NCBI GenBank assembly: GCA_964016885.1
Contig: OZ024743.1
Coordinates: 327,422,001-327,486,000, forward strand
From: Eledone cirrhosa
Taxonomy: Eukaryota
DNA: 64,000 bases
Reading direction: 5' to 3'
Part shown: positions 1 to 12,414 of the stretch, in pieces
Position numbering within the stretch: position 1 is the stretch's first letter
Layout: each line of letters opens with the position of its first letter
The notes under the pieces: model-generated
The model's database searches: none
The model's input: only the letters and a program-made list of their open reading frames with translations
What the model was told of the DNA's origin: nothing
Made by a program: the position numbers and the translations under genes

Positions 1-400
1 TGAACCTAATTATCAAGCAGGCCCTGGCTCAAGTTAATATTCCCTTAATTATGGAGAAAGCTGGATTGTACAGGTTGATGGGATGAGGCCAGATGGTCTC
101 ACTCTTTGCCACAGGTAAGAGGCAGATATTTCTTTTGGGAAGCCATAGTTAACGACTTTTGGCTCCTTCCCACATCCTTGATGCTGCAACGAAAGTGAGG
201 GTTACTGCATCTGTAGTCGAACATAACAACATTCTAAAATTGCCAAACTATTTTTTTCAGCTTGTCGTGTTCGAGTCATACCAACGTATCAGGTGGTGTT
301 CCTGGTGAGTGTGCTTGGTTATCCCATGTTTTAGCCTCACTATCATTATTGCTATGAAAGTGTTGGCTTGCCTCAAAAACTATTAGAGGGAAACCTCAAC
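1..400 (+). mobile_element. CRE-like non-LTR retrotransposon 3' remnant (RLE endonuclease region)
   Basis: Degenerate 'NLIIKQAL..RPDGLTLC' and 3' end TGCCTCAAAAACTATTAGAG similar to 59243-59700. Confidence 0.6.
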
Positions 401-852
401 ACTTTTTGTTATAGCATATAATTGGGTGTGCAGGTCATCTCCCACTAATTGAAGTTTGCTTTCATTCTTGTGACAAGGTGGAGGGCATACCTGCTGGTAA
501 TTCTCCTGTAAGGGAGGTAATTCTTGCACAGCGATTAATATATTTCCCCATGATATTAGTTAGTAATTTTATTACATTTTGTGATATTTAACTTAAAATA
601 TTCATTGAGCTTGTGATATTAACAGCACCATTGGGGCAAGAGGGTCTGTAACAATACAATTCTGGTCGTTTCTTCTCTTTTTTGTTAAGGGACACAGCAA
701 GCTACTGCAATACAAGTGATATTGACAGGCAACACCAGACCGTGGTCAGGACAACGAGGGAGACTATGATGAGATTCAGCATGAAACAGTATTCTCGGGT
801 CTTGAATAATTTTGCTAATCTATTCCTGCAACAATTCATTTTCTTTATACAT

Positions 853-1270
853 TGGCTTAGTGGTTAGAGCATTGGCCTTGCAATCAAAAGGTTGTGAGTT
901 CAATTCTCAGACCGGATGATGTGTTGTTTTGTTTCCTTGAGCAAGACACTTTATTTCACATTGCTCCAGTTTACTCAGCTGTAGAAATGAGATGATAGGA
1001 CTGGGTTCCCTATCATTCCACTGCAAAGTGGTCGTGAAGGTGCCACGGCAAAAAAAGCACCCAGCCCACACTGTAAAGTGGACGTGTAGGCGCACGGCAA
1101 AAAAACTGCCAGCACTCACTGTAAATGAGGTTGGTGTTAGGAAGGGCATCCAGCTGTAGAAATCAAGCCAGAATCAGTTCCCGTATGAGCAAGACAAGGT
1201 CAGCCGACTGGACACATCTAACTCATACTAGCGTGGAAGAACGGACGTAAAACAGTGAAGATGATGATGA
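853..1270 (+). mobile_element. tRNA-headed SINE with CORE-like middle and RTE-derived tail
   Basis: A/B-box-like TGGCTTAGTGG..GTGAGTTCAATTC, CCTTGAGCAAGACAC core, tail matching RTE 3' UTR, (GAT)n end. Confidence 0.8.
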
Positions 1271-2719
1271 TTAAAAAACATTATACATGGCAAAAAAAGT
1301 ATATTACTAGAAATCCCATGGCAACAAGTTGAAAGTATTTGTGGGAAAGCTTCACTTGCTGTGTAGTTAATTACAATGGTAATATCTATGTTTTTCACAC
1401 ACAGTCACTCTCTCACTGTTTTTCTCTCTTAACATTTTGTATGGGAAAAATAGTTTATGAACATTACCGGTGACAAACAGCCTTCAGGAATTAAGTTCTT
1501 GAACTGAGGTTCCACTGTGTATATGTATGTGTATCTGACATGTTTGGCCTCAGAATGTGACAACCTGTGTAACCTATGCAAGCATACATTCCATTTTAGC
1601 TTAGTTTCTATGGTTGGATGTACGACTACTTTGCAGCATGTACCAGATGCATTTTATTGTGGCACCAGCATTTTTATTACCATTTTCAACACAAAGGCTA
1701 TACTGTTACTTGCTGAGGGAGGGTTGAGAGAGAAAAGTAACCTTAAGAGTGACGTCTGGTGGCACGTAGTTGGGTACACCAGCCTTTCTGTGCTGGAAGG
1801 GGAACTAAGAATCTGGGAGGAGGGGAATATGAATATGGTGGAGGAGGTGATCAACTATGTTGGGGAAGACCTGGAGGTTAGTGACGTAGAGGGGGAATAC
1901 TGGCAGAGGCTACCTAGATATCATTGAGTGAGAGAATAAGCAAGCAACATCTGACAGTGCACTATGGAGGTGCATCAATCTTTCCATGCTGGCATGAGTT
2001 GGACAAGGAAGGTGGAATCAGGGATGTGAATGGGGAAAAGACTAAGGTGGCGATGGGGAAGATCTTATGTGTGATGGGGTTGACCAAGTGGGGCAGAGAG
2101 GTGAGATAATGAAATAGAAGAGGACCTAAATATTGATCAGTGAAGGTAACTCTTTTCGGGCAGGTACCTTCGATAACACAGAAACTGGAATAAGTACTGC
2201 AAGGCACTTTATCCGACACTCTAACCACTCAACCAATTCACCTTAATTTCAGTGTTGGACCTACGTTGATTCCAATGAGGAGTGTTCCAATTGATTTGAT
2301 CAACTGCTCATGAAATTAACTTGACAAAAGGTGTGACAAGGCAGATTCTTTGAAATACAGGGACAACTCATTTTTGCCAGCTGAATGGACCAGAGTAACA
2401 TAAAATGAAGTATCTTGCTCAAGGATACAACATGCTGCTGGAAATCAAACTCATGACCATACGATTGTGAGTCAAACACCCAAACCACTCAGCCACATGC
2501 CTTCACAACTTAACCTAACAGCTATTGTGTCACTCTTTAAAACAATTCTTAAAATATTAAAAAATATACAATAAATTCTTTAAAAGATATAAAATAATTT
2601 AATTTTTTTTTATTGATCTTTGCAAACAAAAACAATTGTGAGGGTGTCTTAGTACCAACCTCTTATAGACTCAATCCTGAAGAACATACGTCAAAGTATT
2701 TAACATCATCATAGAAACC

Positions 2720-2890
2720 ATACCCAGACTACTAACACAGAAACCTCACCCACAAACCACACACAGACAACTAATACAGAAACACCACCCAGAGACTAAC
2801 ACAGTAGCCCCACCCACAGTCAACTAACACAGTAGCCCCACCCAGTCAACTAACACAGTAGCCCCACCCAGTCAACTAACACAGAAACCA
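2720..2890. repeat. ~26-28-bp minisatellite in the putative TUBGCP4 3' UTR
   Basis: ACTAACACAGTAGCCCCACCCAGTCA repeated about six times. Confidence 0.8.
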
Positions 2891-3247
2891 GACCCATACA
2901 TCATGATAGTCTGGACAGAAACCATTAACACACCTAGAAGCTAGTGACCACACTCACAAAACATTAACACGTTACAGGCCATGTAATGACCATACTCATA
3001 AATCCATAGAACACCAGTATACCTGTACAGGTGTATTACATTAAGTTTTCCAATGTTGGCTGTGTTTATGACAGACACCATTACGGTACAGATTTCATCT
3101 GGTTTTAATTTTCATCTGAATTTCTTATGTTAGACTTACATCGCCACATGATGCCTTTAGGGAGAGGCATAGACATCACACATTCCCATTTCACTGTCTT
3201 TATACTTTTACAGCATCATGAATGTTTGTAAAAATTAAACATTTCTA

Positions 3248-3305
3248 TTACAGGTTGTTGTTGTAGCCAGAGGTGGTAGCCTCGTGATGGATCCCATCTG
3301 TATTA
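3248..3305 (-). CDS. TUBGCP4: Putative TUBGCP4 terminal exon 16 (INTDGIHHEATTSGYNNNL*)
   Basis: tatttttag acceptor, open frame in the phase left by exon 15, TAA at 3250-3248; AATAAA on minus strand at 2614-2609; no recognisable homology. Confidence 0.5.
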
Positions 3306-3603
3306 CTAAAAATATAGATAAAATATTTTATTAAATATCTGAAAGGAAGGGAAAGAGAGACTTTAACCCTTTAGCATTTACATTACTCTATATATACTAT
3401 TGTATTTTCACAGTTAACACTTTATCTCACATAATATTGAATCTACAAGATTTCGATATTATTTATTTTGAGAACAATACTTTAACATAAGTATAAACAG
3501 CCGGTTATGGCTGGTTTGAACAGAAAGAGGTGAGAGAATTCTGGCCGAATATGGCCAGTTTAAATGCTAATGTTGATAGTGATGATGATAGTGGTGGTGG
3601 TGG

Positions 3604-3634
<31 letters not shown>

Positions 3635-3645
3635 ACTATACTTAC

Positions 3646-3788
3646 ATTCCTAAATAGCCTTTTGAATGTTTGGAGACAAATCTGTTGTAATCAATCCTTA
3701 ACATGAATTGATCAATGGTTTGGAGACTGGAGTAGGCTTGCGATTTATTTAACATACTGAACAGCATTCCACTGTGGTTACGGACATC
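3646..3788 (-). CDS. TUBGCP4: TUBGCP4 exon 15 (DVRNHSGMLFSMLNKSQAYSSLQTIDQFMLRIDYNRFVSKHSKGYLG)
   Basis: Resembles C-terminal 'QLLLRLDYNKYY'; tatag acceptor, gtaagt donor; read-through gives ATG TAA stop at 3644-3642. Confidence 0.88.
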
Positions 3789-4588
3789 CTATATAATAGA
3801 TCAATAACAGATCAATACACTGGAGTAGGCTTGCGATTTATTTAACATACTGAACAGCATTCCACTGTGGTTACGGACATCCTATATAATAGATCAATAA
3901 CAGATCAATACACTGGAGTAGGCTTGCGATTTATTTAACATACTGAACAGCATTCCAGTGTGGTTACGGACATCCTATATAATAGATCAATAACAGATCA
4001 ATACACTGGAGAAGGCTTGCGATTTATTTAACATACAGGACGGTATTCCACTGTGGTTACAGACATCCTATATAATAGATCAATAACAGATCAATACACT
4101 GGAGAAGGCTTGCGATTTATTTAACATACTGAACAGCATTCCACTGTGGTTACAGACATCCTATATAATAGATCAATAACAGATCAATACACTGGAGAAG
4201 GCTTGTGATTTATTTAACATACTGAACAGCATTCCACTGTGGTTACAGACATCCTATATAATAGATCAATAACAGATCAATACACTGGAGAAGGCTTGTG
4301 ATTTATTTAACATACAGGACGGTATTCCACTGTGGTTACAGACATCCTATATAATAGATCAATAACAGATCAATACACTGGAGAAGGCTTGCGATTTATT
4401 TAACATACTGAACAGCATTCCACTGTGGTTACAGACATCCTATATAGTAGATCAATAACAGATCAATACACTGGAGAAGGCTTGTGATTTATTTAACATA
4501 CTGAACAGCATTCCACTGTGGTTACAGACATCCTATATAATAGATCAATAACAGATCAATACACTGGAGAAGGCTTGTGATTTATTTA
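3726..4588. repeat. 93-bp tandem array (9 full units plus a partial) spanning the TUBGCP4 intron 14/exon 15 junction
   Basis: Units start at 3726, 3819, 3912, 4005, 4098, 4191, 4284, 4377, 4470, 4563. Confidence 0.95.
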
Positions 4589-4666
4589 CCACTAGTGGTC
4601 CAGTGCCATCAATAATGATGGCATTGAATGTATTTAATTTTTGGAGTCCAGAAGTGTTATGCCATA

Positions 4667-5145
4667 TATGAAGGTAGGCTGAAAAGTTCATAGGCTAAGA
4701 AGGAGTGATGCTAGAAGTGTGAAATCTTGCATGGATTTTCAACTTTACTTATTAATAACTGCATTGTTTCTTTCCAAGTAAACTGACATTTGACTGCTCA
4801 AAGAAGACTTCAAAAGTAACTAGTAGCAACTTCTCTTGAAAATGGACAAAATTTGGCACCGTGGTGTTATAAAGTACCCGCAGAAAAAAGTTTAGCTCCC
4901 AAGGACATTCATGCTGATATGGTTAAAACATTAGGGGATGATGCTCCAGCTTTATCAACAGTGCAAAAGTGGGCAGCTGAATTTAGGAGGGGAAGGGAAA
5001 GGCTTGAAGATGACCCAAGGTGTGGACGTCCTGTAACAGCCACCACTGAGGAAAATATTGATCATGTTCACTACATGGTGATGGATGACATGCAATTGAC
5101 TATAAATAAAATAGTCAATGCTATTAACATATCCTGTGAGAGAGC
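4667..5145 (+). mobile_element. Mariner transposon 5' remnant (TIR plus HTH region)
   Basis: TA-TGAAGGTAGGCTGAAAAGTTC TIR-like end; 'TVQKWAAEFRRGRERLEDDPRCGRP' mariner HTH signature; frameshifted. Confidence 0.85.
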
Positions 5146-5917
5146 TTATGATTTATTTAACCCTTCATTACCATATTTCTAATAAAAAAACACTGCCTAT
5201 GATTTACAAATCATTTTGAAAATAATAAAGAATTTAGAGGGATTTAGCAATATGATTAACTTTCTGGTGTTTGGAGCATAAAGGATTTTACATAAAATTA
5301 CTCCTTCTTGTATGCATGTATATGAATGTGTATGTGTATGTATATGTTAGAAAAATGACGCGCGAGTGTTTTTAAAATGAAAATCCTTTGCTGTATTTGT
5401 TCCACCCAAGTTCTACAGACAATGCTTAGCATCATAAATCCATTGAACCCATGACTGACCCACTAAAACTCTGAAAGTAATGCTATTGTTCATAAAATGA
5501 GATGAAAGAAATTTACAGCTTACACATTCATACATTACACACATATGTAGGTTTAGCTGGCTAAGGTTGAATCTCATAGGAGGTGTTTTGGATGTATTTT
5601 TAATGATATGGGCAACAGTTCTATCAGGTTGTTGTTACAGTTCACACATACGTAGGTTTAACTGGCCTCCTAAAAGGTTGTATCTCATAGGAACTTTCCT
5701 GAGTGCTTTAATGATAGGGGTTCCAGTCTATTATATACACACATATTCATGTAGTTGTTACAGCTCACACCAATGTAGGTTTAGCTGGCTTCCTATAAGG
5801 TTTCATTTCATAGGAAGTTTCTTGAGTGTTTCTGAGCCCGTGACCTTATAATTCTAAGTCCCACATCCTAACCATTAGGCTACTAAAAACAAGAAAAAGA
5901 AATGAAAGTATAAAAAC

Positions 5918-6034
5918 CTTTCTAATAGAAGCCAGCCTTTGTTGTTGTACGTCGGTTAATTCAGCAGGGAAACTACTTTTGATGAGATCACAAAATGACA
6001 AACAGGCTGACAACAGATCATCTAAAAGATGATT
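5918..6034 (-). CDS. TUBGCP4: TUBGCP4 exon 14 (NHLLDDLLSACLSFCDLIKSSFPAELTDVQQQRLASIRK)
   Basis: ORF 5846..6040; resembles 'HCLNEILDLCHSFCSLV'; ttgcag/gttttt. Confidence 0.88.
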
Positions 6035-6309
6035 CTGCAATATAAGACATCAATAGGTTTAGTAAAATTTTACTGTTAATTAATTAAACACATCATCTAA
6101 TTAACTATTATATTAACTCTATATTTACTATTATATTTTCATGGTAAAGGCTTTACCTCACATAATATCGAATCTATGAAATTTTGATATTATTTATTTT
6201 GAGAACAATACCTTAACATCAGTATGAGTGGTCGGTTACAGTCGGTTTGAACAGAAAGCAGAGAGAGAATTCTGGCCAGATAAGGCCGGTCTAAATGGTA
6301 AAGAGTTAA

Positions 6310-6630
6310 ATAAATTATCTAATTAATTTAAATAGATCATCTAATTAATTAACTTATACAGATTATCTAATTAACTTAATTAGATAATCTAATTCACTTC
6401 AACATATCATCTAATTAACTTAAACAGATTATCTAATTAACTTAAACACGTCATCTAATTCACTTAAACACATTATCTAATTAGCAAGCAGGGAAAAAGC
6501 GGACGTAAAATGAAATGATGATGATGATGACATCAGTTAATTTACTTAAACACATTATCTAATTAACTTAAATACATCATCTAATTAACTCAAACAGATC
6601 ATTTAATTAACTTAAACATATCATCTAACA
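6310..6630. repeat. ~21-22-bp AT-rich minisatellite in TUBGCP4 intron 13
   Basis: CATCTAATTAACTTAAACA repeated many times. Confidence 0.75.
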
Positions 6631-6774
6631 GAAAGTTTTAACTGCAACAACAACAAAACTACACCAATACTAATACCAACAACAGCAACAACAACCAGAC
6701 AGGAGTTTGAATAACAACAATTACAACAAAGCAAGTTTAACAACAACAATAACAATAAAATATAAAAGACTTAC

Positions 6775-6909
6775 GGTGAGTTTCCTGAAGAGACTGAGAT
6801 CAAGAAGGTCAGTAAGGAATTTTTCGTGTGTCAACTTCACAGCTTCAAAGTCTCGGACAGAATGGATCTTGTCAACCAATATTTTATGTAGGGATTCTAT
6901 GACATCAAC
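6775..6909 (-). CDS. TUBGCP4: TUBGCP4 exon 13 (VDVIESLHKILVDKIHSVRDFEAVKLTHEKFLTDLL..)
   Basis: Resembles 'VDVLESQFSQLLHQINSTRDFESIRLAHDHFL'; ttttag/gtaagt. Confidence 0.93.
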
Positions 6910-7811
6910 CTAAAAATTAAATATATATGTATGTGTGTATATACATATATATATGTGTGTGTGTGCATATATATATATGCATATATATATGTATGTGTGT
7001 GTGTGTGTGTGTGTGTGTATACATATATGTGTGTGTGTGTATACATATACATATATATAATATCACACTCTACTATCCCAATTATTGAGTACTCTGCTGA
7101 ATAATGGTCTTACTAACATAGGTGCCAATACTGGCCGAAACCTATCAAAGGGGTGTGTGTGTGTCATATCACTTATTTAGGTTTATATATGGAACAAAGG
7201 CGCTACCCAGGGTTTCAAGGCCCAAACAAGAGGCATCAAAATAGTGACTTTTCTTCAGGCGCTAATACGAGTTTATAAGATACTGTTAAATGTAAATTTT
7301 GCTAAGAACGCATGTTTATGAAAGAAAATGTAATAAAACAAAAGGAAATAAATACAGACACACACATATATATATATATTATTTTTTTTTAACCACCACT
7401 GTTTTATGTCTATTTTCCATGTTTGCAATGGGTTAGACGGCTGTTACATAGTAATGCCAGATTAATAATGTAATTGGATCCTGCTCATATGCTTTGTTTT
7501 GGCTTGGTTTCTACAGCTGGATGCCCTTCCTAATACCAACCATTTTACAGTGTGTACTGGAAGCAGGGTTTCTATGTCTGGGTGCCCTTCCTAACACCAA
7601 ACACTTTACATATATATATGTGGTGGTGGTGATGGTGATGATATATATACACACACATGTATATTTATAAGTATTGGGTGGGGGAATGAGGGGGGGATAT
7701 GATCAATTAAATCCATGAAGGTGGTACCCCATTAGAGCTACAGTTCAATTAACTAATACCAGTTTAAATTGAACAAGAACTAAAATAAGTTCAATATGAA
7801 ATCATATTTAC

Positions 7812-7989
7812 CTGTAAATAATACTGAAGATTATCAATGAGGAATGCCAGGTGTGTTCTCAACTGCCACTTGGCCTCGTTTTGCCGTCCTAACCCTAACG
7901 ATTTACTCTTCACCTGTAGAAGCCAGCAATGTTGTAACTCCAGCTGCACATAATGTACCTTCATTAGGAATTTAAACACACATTCATAT
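7812..7989 (-). CDS. TUBGCP4: TUBGCP4 exon 12 (YECVFKFLMKVHYVQLELQHCW..HLAFLIDNLQYYLQ)
   Basis: ORF 7791..8063; 'DNLQYYLQ' motif; ttgtag/gtaaat. Confidence 0.94.
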
Positions 7990-9020
7990 CTACAAGAGAA
8001 AATATATATATATTTAAACACACATCCATACCTACAATAGAAAATATACATACATTTAAACACACATCCATACTTACAATGAAAATATACATAGATTTAT
8101 TTATACATCTAAAAAAAAAGAAAATAATAGAAAAATTTTGCTCTACATGGCTGAATACAATAAATGTAATCTGAGTTTTTCGAATATTAATAATAATATT
8201 TGATTTGTTTACAATTATGCAAACAAGGCTCACTTTTAAAGCCATGTCAGTATAATAAGCCCCTTATTCTTGCTCTTGTGTTGGCATGTAAACAGAACTG
8301 CAGACACTAATGTCTCTGGGTATTACCCTTCATCAGTACAGTTCACTGTTCACCTGCCAACTGTCAGAGCTAGTGAAAATATATGCTATTTTCTAAAATA
8401 TATAGTGACTGATCGGCCTGATTTGTATATTAACAGACTGGCGGATCAATTTTTAATTTTTTTATTTGAATGTGGCAAAGCCAGTCATTGATCGCTCATA
8501 TACTGACTGCCAGTCTGATATGCAAATCTGGCTGATCAGTGGATTTGCTAATATGCAAATCAGGCTGATCAGTCACTGTATATTTTAGAAAATAGCATAT
8601 ATTTTCACTAGCTCTGACAGTTGACAGGTGAACAGTGAACTGTACTGATGAAGGGTAATACCCAGAAACATTAGTGTCTACAGTTCTGTTTACATGCCAA
8701 CACAAGAGCAAGAAGAGGGGCTCATTCTACTGACATGGCTTTAAAAATGAGGCTTGTTTGCATAATTGCAAACGAATCGAATATTATTATTAATATTCGA
8801 AAAACTCAGATTACATTTATTTATACATCCATACTTACAAAGGAAAATATACATACATTTATATACACATCCATACTTACATTGGGAAATATACATATAT
8901 TTATATACATATCCATACTACAATGGGAAATATAAATACATTTATGCACACATTCATACATACAATAGAAAAATATATATATTTAAACACACATTCAAAC
9001 TTACAACGGAAAATATACAT
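7970..9020. repeat. ~42-bp minisatellite derived from the exon 12 acceptor, interrupted by the foldback element
   Basis: Unit TTTAAACACACATCCATACCTACAATAGAAAATATACATACA repeated at 7970-8110 and 8815-9020. Confidence 0.75.
8160..8820. repeat. Foldback/MITE-like long inverted repeat (~275-bp arms, ~105-bp spacer)
   Basis: 8160-8436 is near-identical to the reverse complement of 8543-8820; mirrored ORFs 8270..8491(+) and 8496..8711(-). Confidence 0.9.
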
Positions 9021-10239
9021 CATCTTCACCATCAGCACTCTATTTCAATTAATTAATGAAGAATTTTTAGGGATTTACTAAAATTGTGTCAAGGACATGA
9101 CAGCCTCACCAGAGTTGGTGACCTACACAGTAAACACACCTAATACACACTGTAAAGTGGTTGATGATAGGAAGGGTGCCCAGTCGTAGAAAGCTTGCCA
9201 AATAAAGGGTTGGGAGGACCCTTCCATTGTATCAAGGACATGACAGCTTAACCTAGTGTTGATCTACACAATAAATGTACCCAACACATGCTGTAAAGTG
9301 GTTGGTGATAGGAAGGGCATCCAACTATAGAAAGCTTGCCAAACAAAGGTTTGAGAGAATGCTTCAGTTATATCAAAGACAGCCTTTCTTGTGCTGGTAC
9401 ACTCAGCAGAACATGAGACCACACGTAAGTGAGATGCTGATCCCTGGCTTGTCTGGGAGGTCTGTAGACTTGACCTTTGAAGACCCATCCAATACTTGCT
9501 AACAAGGAAAGCAGACATTAAACGATGATGATGATGATGATTTCATCATTGTTTTTATGTCCACTTTTCCATGCTGGCATAGATTGATGAGATGCTTTGA
9601 GACAATGTTTTACAGCCAGATGCTCTTCCTGATGCAATCTTTTTAATTGCCTCGTATACCACGCAGAGATACGATGTGCCCATTTTAAAACCTAGAACAT
9701 ATGGTCCTTATATAAAATTATGTTTAAAGATTTTTTTATTTCGATAGGAATCCATAAACCCTTTCATAACCATATTTCTAATGAAATACATTCTCTCTCA
9801 AGTAATTCATGAAGAATTTTCGAGGATTTACTAAGATAGTAACTTAATTTATGGTTCTCATATAAAATTATGTTAGAAGATTTTAATTAAAAGAGGAACA
9901 TTTTAAAATGGGTGGTTTTGTTTCATAGAACCAGAACTGGTTTTGGTTGGGTTGGTATCAAAAAGGTTAACCTTTTCGTTACCATATTTCTAATGAAAGT
10001 CGTTTCCTATAATTTTCAAATAATCTTTTAAATAATCAAGAATTTGGAGGGATCAGGTAACTTACTTAACAAAATTTCTTACATAAAATTATGATGGAAG
10101 ATTTTGTAGATAAATATAATCACTTTAGAATGAACTGCTCTGTATCATAGAAGCAGGGGCATTTTCATGCAGCTTCGTATGAAAAAAGGTTAAAGCCAAA
10201 TCAATGTTTTGTTGAAAGTAAAGAAATGAAAATACTTAC

Positions 10240-10351
10240 TTTTCTAAGACAGATGGAGTGAAAAATATATGTAATGGCCATTGTACAGTGTAGGTTAATC
10301 CCAGAGAATTCAGTACAGTGCCACTGAATATATTTACATTATTGGGATCAT
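10240..10351 (-). CDS. TUBGCP4: TUBGCP4 exon 11 (..SLGLTYTVQWPLHIFFTPSVLEK)
   Basis: Resembles 'LGLSYKVQWPLHILFTPAVLEK'; ttgcag/gtaagt. Confidence 0.93.
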
Positions 10352-11225
10352 CTGCAATAGAATTAATAATGGGAAATATGGAAAATAGCTAAAATTTAAT
10401 TCATCATTTTACATCCATTTTTCAATGCTGATATGGGTTGGATTACTATTAAATTATTGAATTATCATTATTTAACATCAGTTTTCCTTGCGAGTAAGGT
10501 TTGGATGGGTCATCACAGACAAAGTCAGTACTTAATCGGAGTCACTGATCATTCAGGTGGACTAAAGCCTGTATTTTGATTATATGTGTTCCTGCTCTCA
10601 GCTAAGGCTACTGGGTGCATTTTATCATGGCACCAGCACTAAGGAGTTTGTCATGTCTTTGACACAACTGAAGAGTCCTCTCATCATTTTCTATGGCTAG
10701 ATACCCATCCTATCACCAACAACTTTACAGAGAGTACTGTGTGCATTTTATCATTATACTAACACTAGAGATTGTCATGCATTTGACACAACTGAAGTGT
10801 CCTCTCAATACCTTTTTTGTTAAGGTTTCTACAGCTGGATGCCCTTCTTATCACCTTCTTTAAAGAGTGGACTGAATACATTTTTTGAGGCACCAGCACT
10901 AGAAAGGTTGCCATGACATGTCTGAAGGGCCCTCTCAACAGTTTTACATGATTTCTATGGTTGGAAGCCATTCCTAATACCAAACAATGGCTAAAATGTA
11001 ATTCATCACCATCATCAACAACATTTTCCATTCATTTTTCCATATTGATATGAGTTGGACTTCTTTTAAATTATTGATTTAGTAATTCAATAAAAATTTA
11101 AAATAAAAGTATTTACATTTCTATGTAAATATATAAATTTCTATGACAATATTTTTTAAAACTACCTGTAGTGCTAGGTTTACAGTTGAGTTGGAAATTG
11201 TGTAAATAACTGTCATATTACCTAC

Positions 11226-11324
11226 CTATGGGGACAGGTTTACAGGTAAGTTGGAAATTGTGCAAATAACTGTCATTTTCCCAAAGAGTATTACGGATAA
11301 CAGTTCGGTATATGGAATTCAATT
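11226..11324 (-). CDS. TUBGCP4: TUBGCP4 exon 10 (ELNSIYRTVIRNTLWENDSYLHNFQLTCKPVPI)
   Basis: Phase 1-1 exon bridging exons 9 and 11; weak similarity to 'DVNVAFQQSAHKVLLDDDNLLPLLHLT'; ttccag/gtaggt. Confidence 0.8.
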
Positions 11325-11774
11325 CTGGAAATTATTTCAAGAAAAACAAAAACAACATATTTTTTATTAAGCTGGTGTTTGATGCATAATTCAAAAAGTC
11401 TTCATACATATAAAATTATGATGGAACGTTTTTAACATAAATATAAACATTTTTAAACAGAGGATTTTGTATCAAAACCAAGGGCAGTTCTGGATGGCTT
11501 GGCATCAAAAGGATTAACTCTTGTGATAATAACCTGGCTACAACCAGCTCTGGTTCTATGAAACAAAACCAACTATTTTAAAGAGTTTTTATTTAAATTA
11601 AAGTTTTCTAATATAATTCTATATAAGAACAATTTGTTAAGTTACTATCTTAGTAATGAAATAATAATTTTAGTGAATTTTTAATTAAATAATTGAAATT
11701 AAATGTATTTGATTAGAAATACAATGGTTAAATCACATAAGGAAAATTGAGAAAAAGATATTTTGAGAACTCAC

Positions 11775-11931
11775 CATGTTCAGTATTAAACTGAGGTATA
11801 GAGATGAGTAAAGAATTTGCTGTATCAATGAAAGACTGGTAAAGGTCACCGCGGCCAAATAAAAAGAAGTCCTTTAGTAGTTTCAGATGTCCAAATATAT
11901 CAGAGTTTTCAACAACTAACAACCACAATTG
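11775..11931 (-). CDS. TUBGCP4: TUBGCP4 exon 9 (QLWLLVVENSDIFGHLKLLKDFFLFGRGDLYQSFIDTA..)
   Basis: ORF 11728..11928; 'KDFxLxGRGxL' start of GRIP2 domain; atgtag/gtgagt. Confidence 0.93.
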
Positions 11932-12034
11932 CTACATAATAGAAAATATCAGTATTTCAATCAAAATAATTAGTAAAACATGAAACATTTATGAATGCAA
12001 ACCAGATAGTATGGTTAAGAATTTAGCTTTACAT

Positions 12035-12414
12035 GGAGACACATGGCTTAGTGGTTAGAGCATTGGCCTTGCAATCGAAAGGTTGTGAGTTCAATTCTCA
12101 GACCGGGTGATGTGTTGTTTCCTTGAGCAAGACACTTTATTTCACATTGCTCCAGTTTACTCAGCTGTAGAAATGAGATGATAGGACTGGGGTCCCTATC
12201 ATTCCACTACAAAGTCGTCGTGGAGGTGCCACAGCAAAAAAGCACCCAGCCCACACTGTAAAGTGGACGTGGAGGTGCCACGGCAAAAAAGTAAATGAGG
12301 TTGGTGTTAGGAAGAGCATCCAGCTGTAGAAATCAAGCCAGAATCAGTTCCCGTCCCACCCTTGCAAGCAGGGAAAAGCGGACGTAAAATGAAATGATGA
12401 TGATGATGATGATG
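12035..12414 (+). mobile_element. SINE, same family as 853-1270
   Basis: Near-identical head, core and tail; (GAT)n end. Confidence 0.8.

Noticed and set aside
853-910. tRNA gene candidates at SINE heads (also 12035, 40100, 53013)
   Set aside because: No complete cloverleaf; they continue into SINE core and tail
3726-4588. Regular repeats suggesting a CRISPR array
   Set aside because: No unique spacers; eukaryotic intron/exon tandem duplication
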